This document shows positions 12,355 through 25,913 of a stretch of DNA of 64,000 bases, piece by piece. A program made the position numbers and the translations under genes. Within the stretch, counting starts at the first letter, position 1; the number at the start of each line of letters is the position of its first letter. This DNA comes from the human T2T-CHM13v2.0 reference genome, Homo sapiens, in assembly GCF_009914755.1 (NCBI RefSeq), contig NC_060931.1, one strand, 5' to 3'. The notes beneath the pieces are model-generated. The model did not search any database. It had not been told where the DNA came from and worked only from the letters and a program-made list of their open reading frames with translations.

Positions 12355-12792
12355 ATTTATTTATTTATTTTTGAGACGGAGTCTCGCTCTGTTGCCCAGA
12401 CTGGAGTGCAGCGGTGCAATCTTGGCTCACTGCAACCTCCAGGTTCAAGCGATTTATCCTGCTTCAGCCTCCTGAGTAGATGGGATTATAGGCACGAGTC
12501 ACCAAGCCCAGCTAATTTTTTATATTTTTAATAGAGACAGGGTTTCACCATGTTAGCTAGGATGGTCTCAATCTCCTGAACTCATGATTGGCCCGCCTTG
12601 GCCTCCCAAAGTGCTGGGATTACAGGCATACGCCACCACGCCTGGCTATTTTTTTTTTTTTTTTTGTATTTTTAGTAGAGATGGGGCTTCTCCATGTTGG
12701 TCAGGCTGGTCTCAAACTCCCGACCTCTGGTGATGTGCCTGCCTCGGCCTCTCAAAGTGCTGGGATTACAGGCATGAGCCACTGCAACTGGC
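12355..12792 (-). mobile_element. AluS with an extra left monomer (three-monomer chimera)
   Basis: Full Alu 12355-12646 runs directly into a second A-rich linker and left monomer 12647-12792. Confidence 0.88.
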
Positions 12793-13012
12793 TTTTTTTT
12801 TTTTTTTTTTTTTTAGAGACAAGGTCTCAATCTGTTGCCCAGGCAAGAGGGTAGTGGTGCAATCATGACTCACAGTAGCCTCAAACTCCTGGACTCAAGT
12901 GATCCTCCTGCCTGCCTGTCTGACAAGTACCTGGGACTACAGGAACATACTACCACATCAAGTTAGTTTTCTTGTTGTTGTTGTTGTTTCTGTAGAGACG
13001 AGGTCTCTATGT
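12793..13012 (-). mobile_element. AluJ, truncated by MER1 insertion
   Basis: poly-T, J-type right monomer; breaks at GGTCTCTATGT. Confidence 0.85.
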
Positions 13013-13122
13013 CAGGAGTCCCCAGCTCCCCAGCCGCATCCCAGTACTGGTTCCTGGCCTGTTAGGAACTGGCTGCGCAGCAGGAGGTGAGCAGTAGGCA
13101 TGCAAGCATTACCACCTGAGCT
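13013..13122 (+). mobile_element. MER1 (hAT-Charlie) 5' fragment
   Basis: CAGGAGTCCC...GGCCTGTTAGGAACTGGCTGCGCAGCAGGAGGTGAGC...CATTACCACCTGAGCT matches the MER1 start. Confidence 0.85.
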
Positions 13123-13124
13123 TG

Positions 13125-14087
13125 CATAATATAATATACTATATTATATAGTATATAATATAGTATATTATATTATATAGTATATAATATAGTATATTAT
13201 ATAATATAGTATATAATATAGTATATTATATAATATAGTATATAATATAGTATATTATATTATATAGTATATAATATAGTATATTATATAATATAGTATA
13301 TAATATACTATATTATATAGTATATTATATACTATATTATATAGTATATATTATGTATATTATATATAACATATATAATATATATATTTTATATATATAT
13401 AATGTATAATATATATTTAATATATATTATATATTATATATAATATATATCATATATATATTATATATAATATATATCATATATATATATTATATATATT
13501 ATATATCATATATATATGATATATAATATATATATTATATATATGATATATAATATATATCATATATATATGATATATAATATATATCATATATATATGA
13601 TATATAATATATATATCATATATATAATATATATATTATATATTATATATTATATATATAATATAATATATAATCAATATATATAACATTATATATAATA
13701 TATTATATATTATATAATATATATTAATTATATCATATTATATATTATATTATATATTAATTATATTATATATATTATATATTATATTATATATGATATA
13801 TTATATATCATATATATTATATAGTATATGTAATATATTATATAGTATATGTAATATATTATATAGTATATGTAATATATTATATATTATATATGTAATA
13901 TATAATATATGTAATATATTATATATTATATGTAATATATATTATATATTATATGTAATGTATATTATATATTATATGTAATGTATATTATATATTATAT
14001 GTAATTTATATATTATAATATATAAATATGTGTTATATATTTATTATATAATATATATGTGAATAAGTTATATATATATATATATAT
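13125..14087. repeat. ~960-bp AT-rich (TA)-type compound minisatellite, including five 29-bp units at 13161-13305
   Basis: Almost pure A/T; unit TAGTATATTATATAATATAGTATATAATA. Confidence 0.97.
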
Positions 14088-15240
14088 GTGAAACAAGTAA
14101 AATAGAAGAGTTCCTACTGATGGAAAGCGACCTCCCAAGCAATGTATCCCACTCCTAAGAAGTTGCTGGCCAACAATCCTTAAATGTTAGGCTAGAATAT
14201 AATAAAGGATCACTAAAATGATAGATTGTTTGGGTTTCAGACTACAAGTAAAGCAAATAATTTGTGCAACACTATCTAGCATCCTTTCTTCCCAAAAATT
14301 ATTAAATAATTCATGCTGATTTGTCTGCGTAGATTGGAAACTTTTAAGAGACTAGAGAAAGGGACTTAGAACCACTAATTCCCTAAACAGCAAAAGGAGA
14401 TGCAACTCACTCTAAACACCATGTAGGGGTTTTTCCCTCTGCTGAAATAAGTTATAGGGAACTCAGAAAACATTTGTTCTTCAAAGCTTAGGGGAAGATT
14501 TTATAAAACAGTGTTATATTTAAGAACTTACTCATATCCATATCCATCCTAATTCCTAATTCTATTCATCTTTTTAAATTACTTCTTGACATACAACAGT
14601 TCTCTTCATCAATAGTTACTAGAAATGAATATAGAAAAGGTGTTAACATGTCAAAACCATACCTTAGGAGAGTAGAAATGAAAAGCAGAAAGGGAAAATT
14701 AACGTTTTCTATATTTGCCTTTGGATCAGATAAATGTTTATACTAAGTCTGTACTACATTCAAAAGCTTTGTTAAAAAGAAGTGAGGATAGGAAATTTAT
14801 GAGTAATTACAGAAGATTGAAACAGATTGGAAAATTATTAAAAGGCTGAGGTATACTTCAAAATATTTCCGTTCTGTCAGGAGAAGAAGCAGCAGCACAC
14901 CAGCCACATATTAGTTAAAGGAAAGCAACGTTGCATTTGCGTTCATTCAGTCACAGATTGATTTGACACTCGTTTATGAAACTTTTAAGAATTTTAACAG
15001 CAGGAGCAATGTACTTTTTAAGTCAATAGCTTCAGCACTGAAATTATGAGAACCAAGTATATCAAAATAGTAGTAGTTCAACAAGGAAAATAAAGGGGCC
15101 TCTTTCTTGGAAAAAAAATTGAAGATAAAAGATACCAAAATTACTTGCCTCAATTAATTTCAGAATAAAGTTATAAAACTACATCTCTATATATACATAG
15201 TGTGTATATAGGTACAACATATATGTCTATATATATATAT

Positions 15241-15261
15241 TGTGTGTGTGTGTGTGTGTGT
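15241..15261. repeat. (TG)n microsatellite after a (TA)n run
   Basis: Direct reading. Confidence 0.9.
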
Positions 15262-15277
15262 AGAGAGAGAAAGAAGA

Positions 15278-15517
15278 TTCTCACTCTGTTTGTGCTGCTA
15301 TAACAGAATACAATAGACTGGGCAATTTATAAAGAAGAGAAATTTATTAGAGTTCTGAAGGCTGAGAAGTCCAAGATCAAAGCGCCAGCATCAATGTCTA
15401 GCGAGCGCCTTCTAGGCAAGGCCCTCATGACCCAAGCACCCCATCTCTCAACACTGCCATGTTGGAAGATGAATTTTTCAACACACGGATTTTGGGGGAC
15501 ACATTCCGAACAGAACA
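15278..15517 (-). mobile_element. MLT1A/MSTD-like MaLR LTR (internally deleted)
   Basis: GCTGCTATAACAGAATAC...AAGTCCAAGATCAA...TTTTGGGGGACACATTC. Confidence 0.8.
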
Positions 15518-15959
15518 CATGTACCTAATATAGTTTTGAAACTGTAAGATAATTCAACAATCTAGACATTTATATTGAGTGAGGAAGTACTTCTTAGGCA
15601 AACAAGCAAAGCAAAAAATCATCACTGACAGTCTCAGTTTTGTTACTAGACTCAGCTTTTAAAGGCAAGAGCATGTGTTCATTTCTGAATCCCTAGCACC
15701 AAGCAAACTGCCTGGCACACAACAGATACTCAGTAACACTCATCAAAAAACTGATCAATGACTGAACAGCACATCCTGGTTTGACAGAGACTGTGTCAGA
15801 GACCAAGTGTCCAGCTCCACCTTGGCTCTAGTCTAGCAGGCTGATCCTGATTCTGTGAACCTGTCAGGAACTGTCATAGTTCCCAGATCTTTGTTATGGT
15901 TTTTCCTCTGTCTTGAATACCTTTCAGAATAGTACAGTGATTAAGTACATATGAATAAG

Positions 15960-16190
15960 AATAGTACAGTGATTAGGCACAGTGATTAATACAATGATTG
16001 GAATCAGACCTAGCTCAAATCCAAGTTTTCTCATTTATTAGCTGCCTTACTGGAATATTTGGGAAATTAATTTAACATCTCTGAGCCTACAAAGTGTGGA
16101 CTATAGTAACAGGAGACTCAGTGAGATTATACTTATAGAGAGCTGTATAGTGCCTAGCAATGTAAGTAAATATTCAACAAATGTAGATTC
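15960..16190 (+). mobile_element. MIR SINE
   Basis: CTCAAATCC...ATTTAACATCTCTGAGCCT...TAGTGCCTAGCA...GTAAGT core. Confidence 0.65.
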
Positions 16191-17314
16191 CTGTCCCTGC
16201 CAAAGACCTATCTATCTTTCAAAACCAACAGAAAATACTTTACCCCCCTCCCCTTTCCCTACATCTTTTCTTTTTACCCATTAATCATTTTCACCTGCCA
16301 ACCATGGTATTCACAATTCCGTCTAATAATAGCTATATACATCTCATTTAACAGTTTATAAATTTCAGATATGCTAAAAACATAATTTATTCATCCTATT
16401 AGCTTGAAAATTCAACGTAAGACCTGGCACAAAGAAGTTATACAATGAACTGTTTCTAACATAACCTAAAAAAGCCATTCATTGTGCTGTTTCCTGTGTC
16501 ATGAAAATAGTTACCCATAAAACTAAATGTGTGCACATGCACATAAACTAAACCATCACAATTTCGGAGTGTTCTAAATTTCTTTCCACTTAATCTTTAA
16601 AACTTTCTATGTCAATATTGCACAACAGAAGCACAATATTGCTTCTAACGATACTATACTCTGTATGAACAGAAACACAATCTTAAAACAGATGGGCAGA
16701 TGAACGGACAGATACATAGAGACAGAAAGAACAAGGTATAACACACTTAATATCAGCATCCCTCACTTAATGAAGTATATGATCCAATTCTAAATCAGCT
16801 AGAAACTGAATTTTATTTCTTCTCATGATATTCATTATAAGTTAGACAATGAATCTAAAGAAAATGAAACACTCCCACACTTGCAGGGCCAGTTAATAAT
16901 AAAAAACACTTATAATTGCAAATCCCTGGAAGGTTTCCATCTAAACTGCACTCCTCTACCATTCTTCCACTCACACCCACACCTGGAAATGATCTCGGCC
17001 AACAAAAGGGAACATACAAAGTTTTCACACATTATGAGACACATATCCATAATTTTATGAATAAACAATGTGGCTAATCAACTCTCTACTTACAATTCCC
17101 TTACTTTATATGTAGATTATTTTTAATATTACAGGAATGGATTATGTAATCTGCTGGGTTCCCAAATCCTTTGTCAGGTCCTCCATCTTTCAGTTGTCTA
17201 GCATCTATGAGGACTTTGCTGCTCATTAGTACATCTACCAAAGGCAATGAAGGAAAGGAAAACAAACAGAAACAAATCTTTCATTTTGTTCAAGTGAGTT
17301 CTTACATCTTTTTT

Positions 17315-17524
17315 AGATGTATCATCAATTTAAAAGTGAAAATATTTACACATTTTAACATCTCTGATGCGCATTCTAGAATACATTTAGAATGCATTTT
17401 AGAGTCAATGAGATCTTAGCACAGTGTGGGTGTAATTGGCAATTGTTGTTACTTTCTTAGTGGTACATAAAACAATGACGTATCTTATAATTAATGGCAT
17501 CAAGGATGCAATTTAAACCAGTAT
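17315..17524. mobile_element. MER104-like (TcMar-Tc2) MITE
   Basis: CACATTTTAACATCTCTGA...TTTCTTAGTGGTACATAAAACAATG...TCTTATAATTAATGGCATC. Confidence 0.65.
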
Positions 17525-18869
17525 TTAAGCTATACTTATTATTTTTATTATTTTACACCAATATCATGAATATTTGTGAGTTGTAATGAGGTTTATAAAT
17601 AAATCAAAATTTGTGGAATTAAGATACTAGGATAAAAGATATCAAATATTAACAAAGAATAATCAACATGTTCTCTGCTTTTCTAACAAAAGCTAATGTT
17701 TATAATATTTAAAAACCATGATTTCCTTATAATGTCATGAAAAAGCAAATGATATTGTTATTAATGCTTTGGATCCAATGAAGAACACAGGCCCAAAAAT
17801 AGTGTGAAGAACAACAGACTGAAGAAAACACCCAATGTGCCAAACGCAATGAGATCACAGGGAAGGGGAAGCTGTCCCAGGGGAATGGGGAAGGAGTCAT
17901 AGAAGAGTCATTCTAGCAGTACTGGAGGCTGAGTTACAGTGCCCTATGTGGAGGAGGTAGGATAGTCCCGGAGAAAACACCATATGCAAAGAGTCAAAAC
18001 GCATGAAAAGTGGCCAATACTGTGAATGGGGAAAAAGAGGTAATGACAGCAGAAAACCTAGGAGAGAGGTGGTGGCCACACAGTAAAATATATTTTAGGC
18101 CATTTTAAGTAATGATCACCAGCTCCCTCTCCCCATCAATTTCAGCTGGAAGACTCAAATAAATGATTTTTTTTAAATCTCCATTTTGATATGGCTATTA
18201 CTGGCCTTATTGCTTAGAGCAATGTCAAGGTGCTACATATAGCCCTAACATTGTCAATGTCTTCTTTAGATTTGACACACTAGAATTAAAATGAAATCAC
18301 TCTTAACATTATTTTCGCTAATCAACTCATGTTCTCCCACATTATGATTCAGGAGCTAAGGCTTCTAAAATTACAGACTTCTCAAAGAAGCTAAAAAGAA
18401 CTTGTGAATAAGATTATGAATGAAATCTAAGAAGACACGTTAAATCTGCTCCCAAGTATAAAAGCCAAAGAATTTATCCATTAGCATCTGAATAATAAGT
18501 GCCAACACAGCAAGCTGTCATCTGAAACTCTTGGCAGTTCCTTCCTTTGAGCCCTGATGAAGCAGGAGCCATAAGGTATGGATGTGTAAGGAGATAATTA
18601 GAATTCTCATTTCCCCCAGGTATTGTCAGCCCCAAGAGAATAACAAGGTGCTATTATTTTATTACACAGTAAGTTCTACTGTTACATAAACTGTATAACT
18701 TCTTACACAAGATTACTATGTATCAAGTACTGATCTCATTCCACTAAGAAAGAAGCTCAACTGTGAGCTGAATTTTTATCTCCTATTCACTGGGTATCCC
18801 TAGTACCTAACACAGAGAAGCTCAGTAAATATCCAGTAAATACAAGTAAAAAGAAAAAAAAATAGAAAT

Positions 18870-19070
18870 CAAAGTATCATATATGCACTCTTTCATTTAA
18901 GCCCTACAAATTATGGGGAAAATCCTATTACTTTTCCTATTTGCCAAAGGAAGAACTAAGGCTTGAGAAGGAAAATAATTGACCAGAGGTCACCAGTGGC
19001 ATAACAAAGCCAGACTACTTTAAGCCAGTCTCCTGCTTAACCTCTAGGCTGCCCCTTTCCTATCTACGTG
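18870..19070 (-). mobile_element. MIR SINE
   Basis: TCATTTAAGCCCTACAA...AACTAAGGCTTGAGA...GGTCACC antisense MIR pattern. Confidence 0.55.
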
Positions 19071-19250
19071 GATTTCCTTGATGACTACACTTAATGCAAA
19101 TCTCAAGAGGTCTGTAGCATTAGGTTTAGAGAAAACTCAGGAAAGGCTAAGTGAAAGATTCTCAGTAACCCATTAGCAAACTGAGTTTCCAGCAGATTAA
19201 CACACTACTTATGAATCTTTAAAGTAGAAAATAGAAAATTAGAGGAATCT

Positions 19251-19818
19251 TAAGGGCAGCAGAATATACCACTCCAAAGTATGTCACAATGTTCAATGAC
19301 TGTTTTGAGCTAAAGGCAATTGAGAAGAAACAGATACACAAAAAGCTCTCCGCTTTCTCCCTATTTGCCTAAAAGCCAGACATAAATTTATAAAGGTGCC
19401 CCTCTTCCCTTCTCTATCAGAAAGGACAAGTAAATCACCAGAGATGACTTCTGACCCTTATCAGTCTAGAGAGGGCGCCAGAGAAACCTCTGTCCAAAGT
19501 ACACTAACTGCCATTACTTTGTTTACCATTAGTCTCCCCTATATTTATACCTCCCCAGAATGTGTACCCCTAAACACTCAAGGCTCTTTTCCATTGTCAT
19601 GTCCCCCTGTAAACATTCATCATTTTTGGGGGAAGATGCTATATAAGCCATAGTTCTAAGCCACCTCTTTTGAGAGTTACTCTTTCCTTGAGTTTTCTCC
19701 CTTATAAGATATACACAAGTTAATGAATCTTTTTCTCTCTTGTTAGTCTGTCTTTTGTTACAAAGGTCCCAGCTAAGAACTCAGAAGGGTAGAGGGAAGA
19801 TTATTTTCCTCCCCTAAG
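19251..19818 (+). mobile_element. MER34-family ERV1 solo LTR
   Basis: CAGAATATACCACTCCAAAGTATG...TTTTGAGCTAAAGGCAATTGAGAAG...AGGGTAGAGGGAAGATTATTTTCCTCCCCTA. Confidence 0.8.
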
Positions 19819-21416
19819 AACCTCAGAGATAAAGGACAATTTTGGTGGAAAATGCGGTTATTGGAGTATCTTAAATTTTTCTGATTACTAATTTGTTTCT
19901 ATTTCTACCCTATTATTTTCCTTCTATTAATCTTTTAAAAGCATTTCCCAAATTATATCCAATAACTACATTATTTGGATTTTTCAAAGTAATATTTCAT
20001 TTCATTAAATCTAAACCAGAGGTTACGAGAGAATGTTTCAAGTAATAATTTTCCACACAACTAGGCCATGACTGCCACCTGGCTGACAGTGATTGCAAGG
20101 TGCCATCCAATTGTAGGAAGCTTAAAATATGACAGAAAAATGTGTCTCTAAGAATCCATGGAAAAAGAGAAAGAGCAAGAGAGTATCTCAAGAACAGAAG
20201 CATCGTGCTTCTTTTTAAGAGCCTTACAAAAAATGGAGTACTAAGTAGAAGCTCAATAAATATCAATTGAAAACAATTATTGGTTTGCTTTGAAATTCTG
20301 CATATGTAGATGACTTCCCTTTTAAAAAAATATTTAATCTATAATATCTAAGGTAAAAAATGTTCAACAGAAAAGTATATCTTTTTAATATTTTTCCATA
20401 TAAACTGGAAAAAACGAGTCATTTCTAAACTCTTAGATGTGTTGACATTTTATGAGCGACTGTATATTTAAATTAAAAAATAAATAAATAAAATGGAAAG
20501 AATGCACAGCAGATAAAGATTACTTCACACAAACATATGACTTAGTGCTTGGGAACCCCTACAAATGCCGAAAGGTTTCAATGGAAAACAAAAAAATAAT
20601 TTTACTTGCATAGGCTATGGAGCAGGCCCTCACTGTTGGTAATTGTAATTACTGTAGTTAATTTACATACTATTATAATTTATATACTATTTAGTTAATT
20701 TCATATTATAGTTAATTTATATACTATTCTATACCATGTGCATGACAAATTAATCTTCATGCACACTTTATCAATATAAATCAACAATAAACAAAACACA
20801 TCAATATAAAGCTTGATGTCCAACTTGATTTTCTTCAAACGTGTGTGTTTGTATTTGCATCAAACAAAAATAAGGTAGAGCTATAAGAACTTTAAGTTGT
20901 CAAAACAAAGTAAAAATGGTCTCTAGTAAGAAAGCAAATACTTTAAAAGGCTGATATAGTGCTAAGGTTATACATGCAAGGACTTTCTCCTTTTTCTGTA
21001 CAACTTTTGACAGAGGGAGGAGCAAAGAGAATAGTAGAATAAGAATCAAGCATATGAGAAAACAAAAAAGTTTGCGGTCAGAAATTTCAGCAAGGGCACT
21101 GACTTAAAAAAACTGGAGAATTATCTACAAAAGATTTTGATAAAACTATATATAACACAAGCTCAAATGGATCTGAATAAATTTTGGGGAATATACCATA
21201 TAAGGAGGAGTAGGATTAGACACCTTGTGATTAGGCTGAATGGCAAGTGACATGTCAATTATGGAACAGGAAGAAAAACTATCCACAGGCCCATCTGTGG
21301 ATTAAATATACTCTTTCTTAGTACCATGGGGCAGGGCAGGGCAGGGAGAGAAAGCGGAGAAACAGAACTTGATAAACACCTGTTTTAGGGGCCAAAAAGC
21401 AATATAAAAGAAATCA

Positions 21417-21742
<326 letters not shown>

Positions 21743-22684
21743 ATCACAGACCTAGTCCTTATCTTTGGCTACCAAATGGGAAAATCTCACAAGTCCAAAT
21801 GGACTGAGTCTAACCACGAAATAATATCACGGATTCAGCCATTACAACTCTCTAGAATTTTCTCATTTCTTCTCCATTAAAGAGCAAAGAGTAGACACAG
21901 ATGTAAAACTGGACCTGAGTTCCAGTTCTGCCAGTAGTTGAACCTCTGCTCTGTAAGAGCTGTATGACAGATCTGTCTGCAGGACTCAACAAATAAGAAA
22001 CGTTCAGTATACAACTGTAGCTTTTTAAAAGTCAGTCCTCAATTTTCTCATAGACTTCAATTTTCTCATCCATCTGTTTATTCAACATGTTTTAGCATGC
22101 TTGGCATTTTTATGAGCTCGGCATAAGGGCACTGAAAATAGAAATATTCTACCTGCCCTCCAACAGCCCAGAGTTTCATGGGAGACAGACCATTAACACA
22201 AGGTTGTGGAAGAGAAATAAAGGCGTAAGAATAAACCTCAAACTGGCATAGCTTCAGCGCCAAAGTCATTTAGCCAATCTATCCCAAAACTGTTCATAAA
22301 AATTGGTATTAATCTAATGAGATAAATAACTCCTACCCATTTCTCAATGTATAACTACCACCAACCATTTTTAATAAATTAGAATATCTGCATAAAATTA
22401 ATTATAAAATTGATTCACTCTGTCTTTAAGTTATTTAAAAGGATTACAGACAAGGGGAAAATGCCATATACCTGTATCACAGCCAGAATCTTTTTTAGAT
22501 AATTTCTCAAATACCCCACTGTTAGCAATAAAAATTCATGGGTCTTATAAAATGTATTAATTTCTAATCATGAGGCCTGTATTTGAGATTTTCTTAATGG
22601 AAGAATCTGTATGGATATAGAGTTAGCTACTTTATGACTTAGCTCCTTAATTAGTAGAGGGGAAAGAAGGCTCTTTTGCACTAA

Positions 22685-23041
<357 letters not shown>

Positions 23042-23156
23042 AAGTCACTGATTTCTTAGGAACATTATGAGTAATCTCCTGGAAAAAAAAAAAGTTCATG
23101 TACACAAAATGTACATACAAATGTAAGAAGTAACTTTTTCTTTAAGAAATATATAT

Positions 23157-23541
23157 GTATTAGCACCTGCATTGCTATAAAGAAATACCTGAGACTGGGT
23201 AATTTATAAAGAAAAGAGGTTTCATTGGCTCAAATTCTACGGCTGTACAGGAAGTATGGTGGCATCTGCTTGGCTTCTAGGGAGGCCTCAGGAAACTTAA
23301 CAATCGTGGCAGAAGGAGAAGGGAAAGCCAGCACTTTACACGGCCAGAGCAGGAAGAAGTGGCAGGGAAGGTGCCACACACTTTTAAATGACCAGATCTC
23401 AGAACTTACTATCAGGAGAACAGCACCAAGGGGGAAATCTGCCCCCATGATCCAGTCACCTCCCACCAGGCTTCACCTTCAACAATGGGGATTACAATTC
23501 CACTTGGGATTTCGCCAGGGACACAGATCCAAACCGTATAA
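23157..23541 (-). mobile_element. MSTA/MSTB MaLR solo LTR
   Basis: TGTATTAG...GCTATAAAGAAATACCTGAGACTGGG...GGGACACAGATCCAAACC. Confidence 0.9.
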
Positions 23542-23949
23542 ATATACTTAGTGCCCATTTTCCCCTCTCAAACAATTCAGGTGTGCCAGAGCAATGCAAG
23601 TGCAGGTGTGCGTGTGTGTGTGTACGTGTGTTGAAGGGTGAGGAGGGAGCCACCCAGGCCCACAGTGAGGTGTCAGAGCCAATCAAGGGTGAAGGGGGTG
23701 GGGTTGGCTGACCATGGGATGTCAGAGCTCCAGTGGGAGCGGGAAGAAAATGTCACTCTCATTAAGCCATCATGGGGATTAAGTCATATGGACAGTTTAG
23801 CGCAATGTCTAGCATAGAGTATGTAAACCCATGGGGTAGGAACTTTTTACCCGTTTTGTTCAACACTGTAGTCTCCGTGCCTAGGTAACTACTACCTTAT
23901 CAACGTTCAATCATATTTGACAAACTGGTAAGTTTCAGTGTTAACTCTC

Positions 23950-25913
23950 CACTCAATAATTGGAATTACGATAAGGTAAAAGGAGTTAGAGAAGACCAAA
24001 AAGGCACAGTGAGTAAAAAAGGAAAACAGCAGGGACTCCCCCTAGAGCAAAGAGGAGCTGACTTCACAGGGAACTCTTCTATACACTGTTGTGGTGTCTT
24101 CTACCTCCGAGTATGTAGTAAGAAGCATTAAATGCCTGTACTTCCCTGTCCCATAAGAGCCGGAGGGGATCACCCAGATGAGGAAGAGTGATATATAAAG
24201 TGCTAGTTGAAAATATAGATTGTTTCTCAACCCTTCTCCCTACCTGTGGTCCAAGAGAAGCAAAATAGAATCCCAGGAGAAGGGTAATCACAATCTTGAA
24301 TAAGGACTTAAAGGCAGCAGGGGTAGTAAAGAGAAGCAACATCTCAATACAACCAACGGCCACATCTGGCCAGTGAAAAAGACTAACAGGAGTTGGAGGC
24401 TTACAGTGAATGCTGATCACCTGAATTCAGTTGTTGCTGCTAGAGTCCCAGCTATTCTAGCCACTGCAACTGTAACTGAAACCACTGCACAGGCTGCTGG
24501 CACTAAGTCTGAGGTCCTGGGCATTACCAACACCTTGTTTTTCATCCCACAGGTACCTGAGGACCAAAATCCATTTTCATTTACATGCAAGGCCTCCAGG
24601 TACTTCCAAACGGGAAGCTACACTCTTTGGGGCTATATGCCAAGAGGGAGTAGAGTCAGGATTTCGTGCCTTGTGACATCTAAAGTTTTCACTACAGAGG
24701 AGAGCCCGTTGGTAAACAAGTCAGAAGCCTCACTTTCAACAGTCCTGACTGTGGTGTTACCATACCTCTGCCTGAAAAGGAGGCTGAGAAACTCTCACAG
24801 TGTACAAGAATCTTCCCAAGTAAAAGTTCTTGGGACTATGAAGACAGTTTTCTGCTCAATTCCTCTGGCAGTTAAGGAATTCTGCTGTCTTATTAGTCTC
24901 TTTGGGTACAGGAAACAGTATGTACCTCACCTTGGCATTCTACTTGGTGCTTTACTTTGGTTAGTTTGCAAACCAGCACCCTTGGAGCATAGCCCAAACA
25001 GAGTCCCCATTGGAAACCAACCAGCAAGCTGTGGCACACTCTCAACCTCTGGCACTCCACAGACTCACGACGAGTCTCTACGATGAGTTGGGAATCTAAG
25101 TATGGAGTGAAGGGAGATGATCTCCAACCAGCAGCAACCTTTGGGGTTCTGGGCTCATCACCTCCCTGATGTGGCTGCCAGGTACATCCCTTTTAAAAAG
25201 CAGCTATGAGCTTGCTGCTTGGCTCTTGTTTAAACTCTCCACCTAACCCACAGAGGCCTTGTGACTCACTTGCCTGATAGTCCCATTGAAGGACTCTATA
25301 AATATCAAGGTGGGTAGGACCCAATAAGCCTAGCTTATCAAATAGAAATGATACCTTCAAGGACCAGCTAGCCTACTCCCAGTGGCATCTCAACTTTACC
25401 TTAAAAAAGTGGCAGCTATCCCTCTGGGGAAAACTATCCCCCCTTCCCCGCCGGCCCCAACTCTGGCACCTGAAGCAAAGTCATTGGCTCATGCGGCCAT
25501 GGGTTGCCTGGGCTTGGTTCATTGATGGTTCAGCTAAGTTGAAACTCAATGTTCACTGGACTGCTAAAGCTGTACAATCTCAGTGCTCAACTGTGCAGAA
25601 ATGAAAATAGCCGTGGTGTTTCTGCACAGGGAGGCAAAGCCCAAAGCCACTCTCACAGCTTTGGCCAATATTTGACTTGATGTACATTATATTTCTACTG
25701 ACTAAAATTATTCCTAGTGTTCTATCTCAGGTTGGCCTCATTCTGCTGCTTGGACTATTACTGATAATGCCCTTGGTTAAATTTCATATGAGACAAGTTG
25801 AACAGTCTGGTCTGAGTCTCTGTCAATCCAATTAATCAGAGTGGCTGACAGAGTGGGGTATTCAGGTTAAAATTCTTCAGAAGCCAGGACAGCACAGGAG
25901 TAAGTGCAGATGG
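23950..25913 (+). mobile_element. Degenerate ERVL-class internal region (pol relic; MER76-int-like)
   Basis: ORF 24373-25086 begins KKTNRSWRLTVNADHLNSVV...LGITNTLFFIP...DQNPFSFT, a decayed match to the ERVL RT N-terminus (KKTDGSWRMTVDYRKLN...DLANAFFSIP...QKQFAF). Confidence 0.8.

Noticed and set aside
13793-13981. Tyr/Ile-rich repeat ORF
   Set aside because: Artefact of the AT-rich minisatellite.
15926-15990. Short local duplications (AGAATAGTACAGTGATTA x2; similar ones at ~11212, ~22039, ~29379) and a 16-bp palindrome at ~33056
   Set aside because: Ordinary slippage or template-switch mutations, mostly inside repeats.
22472-22518. Possible 47-nt - strand exon (CTAACAG ... CAG/GTATAT)
   Set aside because: Mediocre splice sites of a kind expected by chance in 64 kb.
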